Virus record (IMG/VR): IMGVR_UViG_3300026196_000007
Location: 1 to 47,817 of that record
Strand: one strand, 5' to 3'
Source: a virus
Lineage: Duplodnaviria > Caudoviricetes
DNA length: 47,817 bases
Shown here: positions 24,368 to 33,230 of the stretch, in pieces
Layout of the letters: each line of letters starts with the position of its first letter
Numbering within the stretch: the first letter of the stretch is position 1
Notes under the pieces: generated by a model
The model's input: only the letters and a program-made list of their open reading frames with translations
Told to the model about the DNA's origin: nothing
Databases searched by the model: none
Made by a program: the position numbers and the translations under genes

Positions 24368-25522
24368 TTATGTATTCAAGGTTAATGTTACGCCTTGAGC
24401 TACTAGGCTGTTATAGGCTGTATCCGACGCTGATGTTCTTGCTGGTGCGTTACCTGTTATAATCATAACTTTCTCGTTTTCCCAGGTAGCAAGAGCTGAA
24501 TCAATAATGATATTATCTACATCGCTAGAAGATAATGACATTGAATTTCCATTAATGTAAAAATATCTTTGTCCGTTTTCTGGTGTTCTCCTTGTATAGC
24601 CATTGAAAGCGTTTAAGTTACCATTAAGGATTATAAGTGTAGCACTAGCAGGGAAAACTAAGGTACCAGTGAAAGTGTTTGAGTGACCATTAAGGTCTAT
24701 ATATGTAACACCAGCAGGAAAAACTAAGGTCCCATTGAAAGCGTTTGAGTTACCATAAAGGATTATAGTTGTAACACCATCAGGGAAAACTAATGGTCCA
24801 TTGAAAGCGTTTGAGTGACCAGCAATTTTTATATATGTAACACCAGCAGGAAAAACTAAGGTCCCATTGAAAGTGTTTAAGTGACCATAAAGGTTTATAT
24901 ATGTAACACCCGACCCAAAACTTAACGCACCCCCAAGATGTGAACTAGTATTGCTCTGATATATACTGGTTAGAACGCTACCATCAACAGCCTTTACAGT
25001 ACACCTATGATTAGCTGTTGCATATGTATGTGTCCACGCCTGGTCAGATGTACCAGCGTAACTGTTGCTTGTGTCATCGCCCCAATCAATGTAGATCTTG
25101 TCTGTATCTGATTTAGTCTTCCACGTTCCGGCCAATGTTTCCGCAGCATTTGCATCAAATCCAAATACCTCAACCAGAGGTGTGTATGTAGATCCAAGGA
25201 ATGTGCAAGCCTTTGTTAAATCTCCAGATGTGGCCGCTGTGCTGTAAAAAACAACGGTCTCAGCATTGCCAACGCAAGCTGTTTTGTTCAGCCGTGCGCT
25301 GGCAAGAGCGAGAGTCCTTGCTGCAGCAGGTGTCCTTGCTGTAGATGGATCGGAAAACAAAATATCCCTTATTATCGGGTCGTAGCTGGTGTAGTCACCG
25401 GCTGACAGCGAACCTGACACAACTCCTGTGCTGTCCACGACCAGCATTATGCCATTGGTAGGCAACGTAGTGTTTCTTCCAGCCCTAAACCCAAGACCGA
25501 TTGATCCTCCGAAAAGGCTCAT
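24368..25522 (-). CDS. Putative receptor-binding/surface protein with a PKD-like segment and 22-aa solenoid repeats
   Basis: YIDWGD...HTYA; five copies of LVFPAGVTYIxLxGxSNxFNGT. Confidence 0.65.
   Translation of the reverse strand: MSLFGGSIGLGFRAGRNTTLPTNGIMLVVDSTGVVSGSLSAGDYTSYDPIIRDILFSDPSTARTPAAARTLALASARLNKTACVGNAETVVFYSTAATSGDLTKACTFLGSTYTPLVEVFGFDANAAETLAGTWKTKSDTDKIYIDWGDDTSNSYAGTSDQAWTHTYATANHRCTVKAVDGSVLTSIYQSNTSSHLGGALSFGSGVTYINLYGHLNTFNGTLVFPAGVTYIKIAGHSNAFNGPLVFPDGVTTIILYGNSNAFNGTLVFPAGVTYIDLNGHSNTFTGTLVFPASATLIILNGNLNAFNGYTRRTPENGQRYFYINGNSMSLSSSDVDNIIIDSALATWENEKVMIITGNAPARTSASDTAYNSLVAQGVTLTLNT
24600..24910. repeat. 66-bp coding tandem repeat, about 5 copies
   Basis: ccattgaaag...tgtaacacc unit recurs every 66 nt. 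Confidence 0.9.
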
Positions 25523-25779
25523 TTCATGAAGCTCCAGGTTCCGCCGTTAATCGTTACAGAAGTACCAGCCGGTAGTAAAAACTGGTCTCCGTCTGAGAAT
25601 GTAAATGCTACCGGGTCTGATCCTGGCACGGTAAACTCAAGCTCTCCTCCAACGTGACACCAGGCTGCGACCACATCGGTAACGGTGCCAGTGTCGATCC
25701 CGGTATAATCAGGATGCAGGACGAATCCCTGGAAACGAGTTGTAGTTCCGTAGCTCAAAATAGGGGCCATCATTTCCAT
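25519..25779 (-). CDS. Hypothetical beta-rich protein
   Basis: 86 aa, start and stop overlap neighbours. Confidence 0.65.
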   Translation of the reverse strand: MEMMAPILSYGTTTRFQGFVLHPDYTGIDTGTVTDVVAAWCHVGGELEFTVPGSDPVAFTFSDGDQFLLPAGTSVTINGGTWSFMK

Positions 25780-26507
25780 TATAGTATCCTCCGGCCATCC
25801 AGAAAGACGACCTGTCCGTTATCGTTTATCGCCAATTCGAGATCGGCTATTGAAATCCATACTCGCCCATTTTTTCCGTGATCAGGACCCCAGCTTTGCT
25901 GTAGCCACAGCTTTGTGGAACTAAACCACCAGCGGCTAATTTCAATGCTTGCCCCGCACAGGCAATGCCCACCTTCCTGCTTGCCTATATACCTGACCCT
26001 GCCTGTCCTGTCTGGGCGCGACATGCCAGATAGCCAGCGAAGGGCAAAAACCGGGGGTCTATAATAGCTCCAACTGCGCAACAGGTCATTGATATCCTCT
26101 GCGTTACGCCATCCAGATATGAGGCCCTTGTTTTTGAGTACTGTCAATCCAGCGTCCAGCGTTGTTCCTTCATAACAGGGGGAGGCCCCAGGACGTGCCG
26201 AACCAGGAAATGGGTCAATGTCCTGCGCTGGGTAATAGATATTGTTCACGCACCAGGGCAGATTTGTTGTATCCGGGTCCAAGGAGCAGGCGGGCGTCAT
26301 CAACTCATGGGCTAAGCCCATTGAAACGCAGCAGCCCTCCTTACCCTGATTGAGGGCCTTTACACTGCTCCACTCGCGGGATACTGGTCGCCGAGTGTCA
26401 GCAAGCAGCGCGGAAACGCTCGGCGTGGGAATGCGGTCTTCTGGTGGGACTAGGATCAACCCTAGTCGCCGATCAATAACATCACTGCCGTCTCGGAGGA
26501 GAAACAT
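25779..26507 (-). CDS. Papain-like (C1) cysteine peptidase
   Basis: NQGKEGCCV, GGHCL, QQSWGPDHGKNG. Confidence 0.8.
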   Translation of the reverse strand: MFLLRDGSDVIDRRLGLILVPPEDRIPTPSVSALLADTRRPVSREWSSVKALNQGKEGCCVSMGLAHELMTPACSLDPDTTNLPWCVNNIYYPAQDIDPFPGSARPGASPCYEGTTLDAGLTVLKNKGLISGWRNAEDINDLLRSWSYYRPPVFALRWLSGMSRPDRTGRVRYIGKQEGGHCLCGASIEISRWWFSSTKLWLQQSWGPDHGKNGRVWISIADLELAINDNGQVVFLDGRRIL

Positions 26508-26698
26508 TATAGGTACCCGACGTGCTTACGCAGCATATAGGAATTACACGAGTCACAGATGGTAACGCGGATGTTTAACGGAAAGTGGTTCTTCTCAAAT
26601 CGAACACAATCAAGCCGGACAGCATGACATATGTCACATGCCCCAGTCCCGATGTTGGTCACTTTCTCGTCAACAGCTTGTCGTTGTAGTATGCTCAT
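26507..26698 (-). CDS. Small CxxC...CxxC protein
   Basis: Likely start MSILQ; CDIC and CDSC. Confidence 0.55.
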   Translation of the reverse strand: MSILQRQAVDEKVTNIGTGACDICHAVRLDCVRFEKNHFPLNIRVTICDSCNSYMLRKHVGYL

Positions 26699-26931
26699 TT
26701 TAACAACCCCCTTATTTTTTCGATAAGACCTGACCCGATTAACCCGGCAACCAGAATAGCTAAGGCTACGGCTAGCGCCTTTAACGTGCTCCATTTGATG
26801 TCCTCAAGCCTGGCCATAACCCGCATGGCTGACCGAACGAAATCATGGTCCTCTTTGTGATCATGAGTGGCGCAGGGGCACTCCTCGTAAGGACACTTTT
26901 TTGCCTCTTCGTTGTGTGCCAAGTCTGCCAT
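26695..26931 (-). CDS. Small membrane protein, holin/antiholin candidate
   Basis: C-terminal TM segment; late operon. Confidence 0.5.
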   Translation of the reverse strand: MADLAHNEEAKKCPYEECPCATHDHKEDHDFVRSAMRVMARLEDIKWSTLKALAVALAILVAGLIGSGLIEKIRGLLK

Positions 26932-26933
26932 GT

Positions 26934-27260
26934 TTATTCGCCGCTTTTAGCTGATAATTCAGCTTTTAATTTTTCAACCTCGGACTCAAGTTCGATTTTC
27001 AGCCTATCAATTTTCACCTTTTCAAACATAACTTTTTGATAAACCCTGAATCCAACCCACCCCAGCGTCGAAATAAGCGGCATGACAAGGTTTGCCCCGT
27101 CTCGCACCTTCGCGACAAACACTTCGCCGTACTGGGTAATATCCTCTGCTGAAACCCCTTTGTGGCTGAGATACATACAACCGATGACAAAGGCAACTAC
27201 AAGCCAATACTCGCCGCTTTTAAGGCTTGATTTTAGTTGTTCACTCACTGGGCACCTCAC
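26934..27260 (-). CDS. Holin-like protein
   Basis: KSGEYW followed by two hydrophobic segments and a charged coiled-coil tail. Confidence 0.55.
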   Translation of the reverse strand: MRCPVSEQLKSSLKSGEYWLVVAFVIGCMYLSHKGVSAEDITQYGEVFVAKVRDGANLVMPLISTLGWVGFRVYQKVMFEKVKIDRLKIELESEVEKLKAELSAKSGE

Positions 27261-27939
27261 TTGGTATTTCTTCAGTTACTTCCTCTGGCTCTTCCTCGGG
27301 CACGACCTGCTCAGTCCCACCAACCTGTCCATTGTTGTTGGTCAGTGTGGGGTTATCCCCGGTAGTGGATGTAAGATTGTGGTTTTCAGAATGAATCTCT
27401 GTATGGTCAGCCTGGATGTTGCCGTTATCCCCCATGGAATACTGGTTACTATCCCCGGTCCGCTCAGCAAGCCGTCCGACCATCTTTGCAGCGGATACCC
27501 AAGGAATCCCAACGGTGATAAGCTCGCGGAAAGTCTTAACCCCCTCCATGCCAATATCGTAACCAGTTACAGCCTTGACCACGGCCCGGATGTTGGCAGA
27601 GGTTTTGTCGTCAATATCACGGATCATGACCGCACCCATAGCAATCATGATCCCAGCGGCTTTGGGGTCTTCCCCTTCACTGGGGGTCATCATGTCTTTG
27701 ATACTTTCGGCCTTTGCCTTCTGAGCCTCGGCAGCGTACCGGGCAACCTCTTTGACGGCTGCGTAATACTCACTGTTCGGATCACCAATCGCTGTGTCGT
27801 CAATCGTGGAAGTGACCTTGCCATCTTGGTCGTAAGTGGTCTGAACGGTCCCGACCTTTACAGTTTGCAAACCGCCGGCACAAGCGCTTAAACTCAACCC
27901 CGCCGCTAACACAGCGGCTACTGTCCTTAAACTTTTCAC
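27241..27939 (-). CDS. Lipoprotein
   Basis: Signal peptide with lipobox LSAC; acidic tail. Confidence 0.75.
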   Translation of the reverse strand: MKSLRTVAAVLAAGLSLSACAGGLQTVKVGTVQTTYDQDGKVTSTIDDTAIGDPNSEYYAAVKEVARYAAEAQKAKAESIKDMMTPSEGEDPKAAGIMIAMGAVMIRDIDDKTSANIRAVVKAVTGYDIGMEGVKTFRELITVGIPWVSAAKMVGRLAERTGDSNQYSMGDNGNIQADHTEIHSENHNLTSTTGDNPTLTNNNGQVGGTEQVVPEEEPEEVTEEIPSEVPSE

Positions 27940-27955
27940 GCTCCCTCCTTTTTGT

Positions 27956-29869
27956 TTACTGCTGTATAACTGATCCAGACGACGCCTGAATTATAAACCC
28001 TGTAGGGCTCTGCAACACTTTGTTTAACCCGCCGGGGGGCGGTTCTGGATCTGGATCCGGATCTGGATCTGGATCTGGATCTGGGGGCGGCGGTGGATCT
28101 GGGGGCGGTGCTGATGCATTTATTTCAAATGCGCCAGTATCAGAAACAGCCCCCCTTGTACTTCCTGCTAAGTCTACTGGTACCACACTTACTGGTACTT
28201 TGTTAAGCAAAATTGACGATGAGGTGGGATATCCAAATAAACTGCTGGATATAGTTGTTATTAGATTGCCACAACCCTCTGTCGCCGCGTCTAAGCCTTG
28301 TGAACTGTCAAGTTTTTTTGAGTACCAGTTGGGGAAAGGGAATCCTTTGTGGACGTAGTTATTAAGGTATGAACAACCCGCCACTGTATGCCCATAAACA
28401 ACGTCATAATGATTGTTTAGAAATGAGTTCCCATAAGTGTTCCCGAACACCGTCCTCGGCGAGTTTATGTTTGATGCTTGCCCATCATTCATGATTAGCG
28501 CCCACCAGTAGTTACCTATAGCTTGAGTATCTGTGATGCCTGAAGCAATAGCTGTCTGCCCATTCATGAATGTGTTGTTGAGCAAGATAAGATGTTCATA
28601 TGTGCCTGCAAATATAGAAACTCCGCCCCAAAGATTAGTGCCCCCGTAGTTTGTTTGGTCCCTAAGTTCGAAGAGATTGTTTACGAGCGCCCAGTTTTTA
28701 CCTTTGTACCCAGAGGCCATCCCTGAAAATATGCCCTGGTAATGCAGATTAGTTGCCTTTACACCATAAAAAATGAGGTTATCAACATCGGCAGTCTGAG
28801 CGGCTGTTGATACAGGCACTTGTATTACGTCAGCATGTGCGGTGCTGGAGCATGACGCTGTACTCGAATAGCAACCATTATCAACATCGCTCACAGTGGC
28901 GTTTATAACAAAAGAAGGGTCTTGATAAGCATCATCGGATATACGCTCAATTCGATCCCCTCGCGATAGGACCGCCCCAGTAACAGCCATGTCAAGATCA
29001 TGTACATAGTTATTGGTGTACCACGCAGTCTTTCCTCGCTTCGCCAGGGGGTTCGTTCCTGTAGAAGTTCTTCCTGCTCCATACACGTCGCAGTCGTCAA
29101 GCCAAATATATATTGGCGCGGTTTTGCCAATTACATAGGAGAACCTTCCTAAACTCCTTAGTGTCAGATGCTTGAACTTTCCAAGGGTTGTGCTGAGTGC
29201 TGTTCCTGATCCGTTTATGACTATTGAGCTTCTGGCTTTGTCCGGGGCTCCAGCAAATGTAAGCCACTCACCAGTAGTCAACACAGTACCAGTACTGGAC
29301 CCAAACTGATAGGTTCCAGGCTCGTAATAGACCGTTGCTCCATCCGACTTTCCACCATTCGCTGCCTGGATAGCTGAAATAGCCGCCCCGGTTGTCGAGA
29401 ATGGTTTTGTCCTGTTATTTATGGCTGCCGTGCTGTTATTTCCGGTTGTACTAACCCACGCAACAGGATCTGCCAAAGTTCCAGTAGCATTAACAACCAT
29501 ATTTACAGGGCCATGAACTCGTGACCCGCCATCTTTTCCATACGCCGTTGCTGTTACACTGAAGGTCCCGTTGGTCGTAAATTCCGATGCCGACAACGCC
29601 ACCCAGTATTCCCAGACACCGGTCCTATCATTAAACGCCATTGAGGATGTAGTTTTCGTCCCCCCTGAGTAGCCTTGCCCAGAAAACGAGAAAACCACCC
29701 TGTCTATTCCGGGCTTAGAAAAAGCCACCATGCCGATCTTCATGGTGCTGTTGTAATTAAGCCTTTGATAAGGTACAAGATCAAGCCGCCCCGCAGGGGT
29801 TACCGCGCCAAAAGCAATATTTGGGAGTAAGCTTATTAGCAGGGCGATTAACAGTTTATTGACATTCAT
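27956..29869 (-). CDS. Secreted beta-helix-like protein with a Pro-Asp linker
   Basis: Signal peptide MNVNKLLIALL...AFG; YYEPGTY, HADVIQ, DTGAFE; (PD)n near the C-terminus. Confidence 0.7.
   Translation of the reverse strand: MNVNKLLIALLISLLPNIAFGAVTPAGRLDLVPYQRLNYNSTMKIGMVAFSKPGIDRVVFSFSGQGYSGGTKTTSSMAFNDRTGVWEYWVALSASEFTTNGTFSVTATAYGKDGGSRVHGPVNMVVNATGTLADPVAWVSTTGNNSTAAINNRTKPFSTTGAAISAIQAANGGKSDGATVYYEPGTYQFGSSTGTVLTTGEWLTFAGAPDKARSSIVINGSGTALSTTLGKFKHLTLRSLGRFSYVIGKTAPIYIWLDDCDVYGAGRTSTGTNPLAKRGKTAWYTNNYVHDLDMAVTGAVLSRGDRIERISDDAYQDPSFVINATVSDVDNGCYSSTASCSSTAHADVIQVPVSTAAQTADVDNLIFYGVKATNLHYQGIFSGMASGYKGKNWALVNNLFELRDQTNYGGTNLWGGVSIFAGTYEHLILLNNTFMNGQTAIASGITDTQAIGNYWWALIMNDGQASNINSPRTVFGNTYGNSFLNNHYDVVYGHTVAGCSYLNNYVHKGFPFPNWYSKKLDSSQGLDAATEGCGNLITTISSSLFGYPTSSSILLNKVPVSVVPVDLAGSTRGAVSDTGAFEINASAPPPDPPPPPDPDPDPDPDPDPEPPPGGLNKVLQSPTGFIIQASSGSVIQQ
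28030..28110. repeat. 6-bp microsatellite encoding PPPDPPPPPDPDPDPDPDPEPPP
   Basis: (GGATCT)n-type run. Confidence 0.9.
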
Positions 29870-31208
29870 ATGCTTTATAATCCCCGGTTCCGTTATTATC
29901 TTGCTCAGTCCAGATGCCGGAGATATTAGAGTCCCCTGGAGTTCCTGTCGTTGTTTCCGTGTAAAGCCCAACGGACGAGGATATAAACCCTTGCCCTATT
30001 GCATAAACAGCCCCGGTACCACCAGTAAAACAAACAACTGCTGTCCTCGAATTGTTAGCTGGTATAGTGGCCGGAGAAGAAAATGTAAACTGTTTATATT
30101 CTGTAACGTCGGTTAGGGTAGCAGCATCAAGAGTGTTGTCCGCTGTCGCCTGCAGGTCGTCGGGAGGCCCTTCAGCGGTCTCTGACGCCGAACTATAAAT
30201 ATACGTTGCTACTGTTCCTGTAGCCCCAGAGGCCGAGGTTCTTAAATACAAGTCCAAGGTGTCAAGTTGGTGAGATGCCCCGGTTGTGTTGTTTAAAACA
30301 ACTGCAAGACATTGCCCTGTTGTTATAAACCAACCACTACTAAATGTCGCACCGCCAGAGTTATACAAATAAGCGTCTGAACACCCCACAGTTCCCGCTG
30401 TAAATGAACCGTTGCAAGTCCACCTGCCAGCTCCAGCGGCGACAAAAGAAACATTACCAGTTGACTCTGAAAGATACCAACCAGGGGAGCCATCTGGGTC
30501 TGGGTCTGCATCCTGTATTGTGTACGTTGAACCACCAGTCTGAATCTGGTCTATTTGTTGCTGTATATTTGACTTGGCCCCGTCAAGCGTTGCTACTTCT
30601 GAGGCGTCTACTGTACCAGGCCACCCAGAAATATCGTTGAACGCTGATGTGCCAGAAACCAGATTAAACCTCTCCCCATATTCATTGCAGTACCATGAGG
30701 AGCCCTCATAGCTGTAAGTAAACGGGTTACCACCGTCTGTACAAGTAGGGAGGGATGACTGAACATTGTATTTCCAAGTATCAACATAAGGGACTGTAAG
30801 CGTGCCTGATACTGTCAACGATCCAGTTAGATCATAAGTTCCTGCCTCGTCAAATGTTCCCCCTCCGCCAGTACCAAACTGAGTTACCCAGGCCCCCGCC
30901 TCACATAGTTTGATCCGTTGCCCCGTTGCCGCGTCTGAATCAATCCAGATATCGTCGTTTGTGCAAGCTCCGGGGTCGTCAGTCTGATTGAAGACTCCAA
31001 TCGTGCCTTCAACTTTACCATCATTTAAAGCGTTGAGGTTGTCAATCAGCTTGCCCACTTCAACGCCCCATGTGGTATTGGTAGCGCTCTGTTGATCGAT
31101 CGCCACCCCAGCATTGACGGGAGTGTCAATTCTCTCGAATTTCTTATGCTCGCCGGCACAGGCTGATAATAGCAGCCCTGCCGCAACCAGTACAAGCAAG
31201 TTTCTCAT
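29856..31208 (-). CDS. Fibre-like protein with a lipoprotein signal peptide
   Basis: LLLSAC lipobox; DIWIDS, G-rich hinge and LDGAKSNIQQQID fibre-type motifs. Confidence 0.65.
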   Translation of the reverse strand: MRNLLVLVAAGLLLSACAGEHKKFERIDTPVNAGVAIDQQSATNTTWGVEVGKLIDNLNALNDGKVEGTIGVFNQTDDPGACTNDDIWIDSDAATGQRIKLCEAGAWVTQFGTGGGGTFDEAGTYDLTGSLTVSGTLTVPYVDTWKYNVQSSLPTCTDGGNPFTYSYEGSSWYCNEYGERFNLVSGTSAFNDISGWPGTVDASEVATLDGAKSNIQQQIDQIQTGGSTYTIQDADPDPDGSPGWYLSESTGNVSFVAAGAGRWTCNGSFTAGTVGCSDAYLYNSGGATFSSGWFITTGQCLAVVLNNTTGASHQLDTLDLYLRTSASGATGTVATYIYSSASETAEGPPDDLQATADNTLDAATLTDVTEYKQFTFSSPATIPANNSRTAVVCFTGGTGAVYAIGQGFISSSVGLYTETTTGTPGDSNISGIWTEQDNNGTGDYKAYECQ

Positions 31209-31567
31209 CTACCAGCCTCCTGTTGCATGTTATGGCGCAAAATCTCCGCCCGGTAAGGATCAAAAGTAACAATAATGTCAAGTGGCAACCGAATGAACGT
31301 GTCGTCGTCGAGAATCAGGTATTGACACGCTTTTGGCAAGGCGGGTTCCGTAGCTACGATCTCAATGACGGTAGACATTTTTTGAAGCATAGCCCCAACT
31401 TGCCCATGGTCTAGCTTTGATATTGTTGATGTAAGTGCCTCAAGGGCTCTTATCTTCTCGGCGTCTCTGTCGTGGGGCAAAAAACCGTCGCTGACAACAT
31501 TCTCAACCCTGGTAGGTTTGCGCGCTCCGCTTCGCCAATATTCAACCCAGTATGTCCTCTTCATCAA
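31205..31567 (-). CDS. Hypothetical protein
   Basis: 120 aa, start and stop overlap neighbours. Confidence 0.65.
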   Translation of the reverse strand: MMKRTYWVEYWRSGARKPTRVENVVSDGFLPHDRDAEKIRALEALTSTISKLDHGQVGAMLQKMSTVIEIVATEPALPKACQYLILDDDTFIRLPLDIIVTFDPYRAEILRHNMQQEAGR

Positions 31568-32373
31568 GTCACCTTAATAGCATAAAACCCTGACATAAAC
31601 GAGGGCCTGTTCTCGGTCTGGGTTGGAGAACCGGTGCCCGTGTTTGGGGGATCAATAAGGTGGGAGTGGGCCTTGCCTGTACCAGATGACCCAGTTTTGA
31701 CCGTGATAGTGTTTGTGGCCCCTACAGTGTCGAATCCTGTATTCAGGTCAAATGTTTTCGTGGCCCATCGAACCTGATCATGATCATGAGGGCCATTCTC
31801 ATCCGAGGTAAGCGAATGCCCCTGCGAATTAAACGCCGCAATGTTTACTGCATGTTGATGGCTACTAGTATTGCTGCCTCCAACAGCCCCGGCAACATTA
31901 GACCCCATGAGGAATCTGGCATCAGTCAGCTTAGGCAGATACCTACCAGCACCATCGAAGAATTGGCTGCCAGAAACATTCAAAGCCGCCCCGTTGCAAA
32001 CCCAGAACCCTTGAGGGTTAAGGTAGGCGTTTGCACCCGCCGAGGTATTGGTTATCCCTGGGATAAACTCGTCTGTTGCTAAACTCCCTGTAAAATATCC
32101 CGGCAGCAGAAAAATTACTGTACCAGCTGGGACTCCCCCCGACGCAGGGGATCTCTGCAGGATATGCCTGACGTTGCCAGGATCGGTTGCCGGGGCCACA
32201 ATATCAGGTGGAGACGCTGCTACTCCACTATCGACGCTAGTTTGGTAAAAATAGAGTACCCCCCCAGCGCAAACTATAGAGATGTCGCCATCCGTCCATA
32301 ATCCCCCGGAAACTGCATCCAGTGAATCAGCCTCCCCCGTAATAGAAGAAAATTTCCATCCTTGAACACTCAT
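31564..32373 (-). CDS. Tail fibre protein with tail-collar domain
   Basis: VPAGTVI...GFWVCNG...LPKL...FLMG; HxH repeats; ENRPSF. Confidence 0.85.
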   Translation of the reverse strand: MSVQGWKFSSITGEADSLDAVSGGLWTDGDISIVCAGGVLYFYQTSVDSGVAASPPDIVAPATDPGNVRHILQRSPASGGVPAGTVIFLLPGYFTGSLATDEFIPGITNTSAGANAYLNPQGFWVCNGAALNVSGSQFFDGAGRYLPKLTDARFLMGSNVAGAVGGSNTSSHQHAVNIAAFNSQGHSLTSDENGPHDHDQVRWATKTFDLNTGFDTVGATNTITVKTGSSGTGKAHSHLIDPPNTGTGSPTQTENRPSFMSGFYAIKVT

Positions 32374-33230
32374 CTTGCCTCCCTAAATACAAAGCTACAG
32401 TCGGAGTATGCGCCAGGCTTGTGGTTGCCCTCGGGCATCACATCGAGAGAGCCATACATTACAAAATCAGAATTTGTTAAACTGTCCATGAAACTTACCA
32501 TTACAGGCTTTCGCCCGTTGTCCATAGCAAAGGTTTTCATAAAGTTGTAAAAATACGGGTTACGTTTAAGTGTCACTGACCCGGAGAAGACCCTGAGCCT
32601 GCCAAGATCAAGATAATATGTAGCCCCGTTTGCAAGCTGGTCGTAGACGCTGAGATCGATCAATCCCTCCTTTAGCGAGTCAACACCGGGCACATGGATT
32701 GGAACGCCAACGCTGAGAGTCCCAGCTGATATGGGTATGGGGTTGCTCGCACTTTTCCTAAGTTCTATGGTTATTGTCACCGGCGTGGAAAACTGAACAA
32801 ATGAAACCCACAACGCTCTCCCTGTTGTTGTCTCCTGTCCCCAATTATACTCTACGTTCAGCGCCGGCTGAGCCTTGACCCATTCGACACCCCCCGAAAC
32901 GCCAGAATCTAAAACAGTGTCTGGGTCAAGAGGCGTATCCGCATCAAGCAAAACATCGCTTGCCCCTCCTCCTGGCCAAACAACATTCTGCCAGGAGATT
33001 CCGTTCGGGTCGCTTATCTTTACGTCAACATCATCCGCAAAAACATTGACTAGGCCGAGCCCCCCAGAAACCCCAGAAACCCCTACTGTAAGTGTCGCCG
33101 CTGTTACCGAAGCGTCGGCAACCTCCCAACGCTTCTTTGGGCTTGTGTTTAAAAGTCTGCTCGCCGGATAAGCGGGATTAGAACTGGACGCAGTAACCGA
33201 CTTTATGATGTTGGATATCAGTATTTTCAA
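32370..33230 (-). CDS. Minor tail protein
   Basis: 286 aa in the tail-tip block after the tape measure. Confidence 0.6.
   Translation of the reverse strand: MKILISNIIKSVTASSSNPAYPASRLLNTSPKKRWEVADASVTAATLTVGVSGVSGGLGLVNVFADDVDVKISDPNGISWQNVVWPGGGASDVLLDADTPLDPDTVLDSGVSGGVEWVKAQPALNVEYNWGQETTTGRALWVSFVQFSTPVTITIELRKSASNPIPISAGTLSVGVPIHVPGVDSLKEGLIDLSVYDQLANGATYYLDLGRLRVFSGSVTLKRNPYFYNFMKTFAMDNGRKPVMVSFMDSLTNSDFVMYGSLDVMPEGNHKPGAYSDCSFVFREAR

Noticed and set aside
24368-25522. Diversity-generating retroelement target
   Set aside because: No reverse transcriptase or separate template repeat seen; the repeats are tandem and coding
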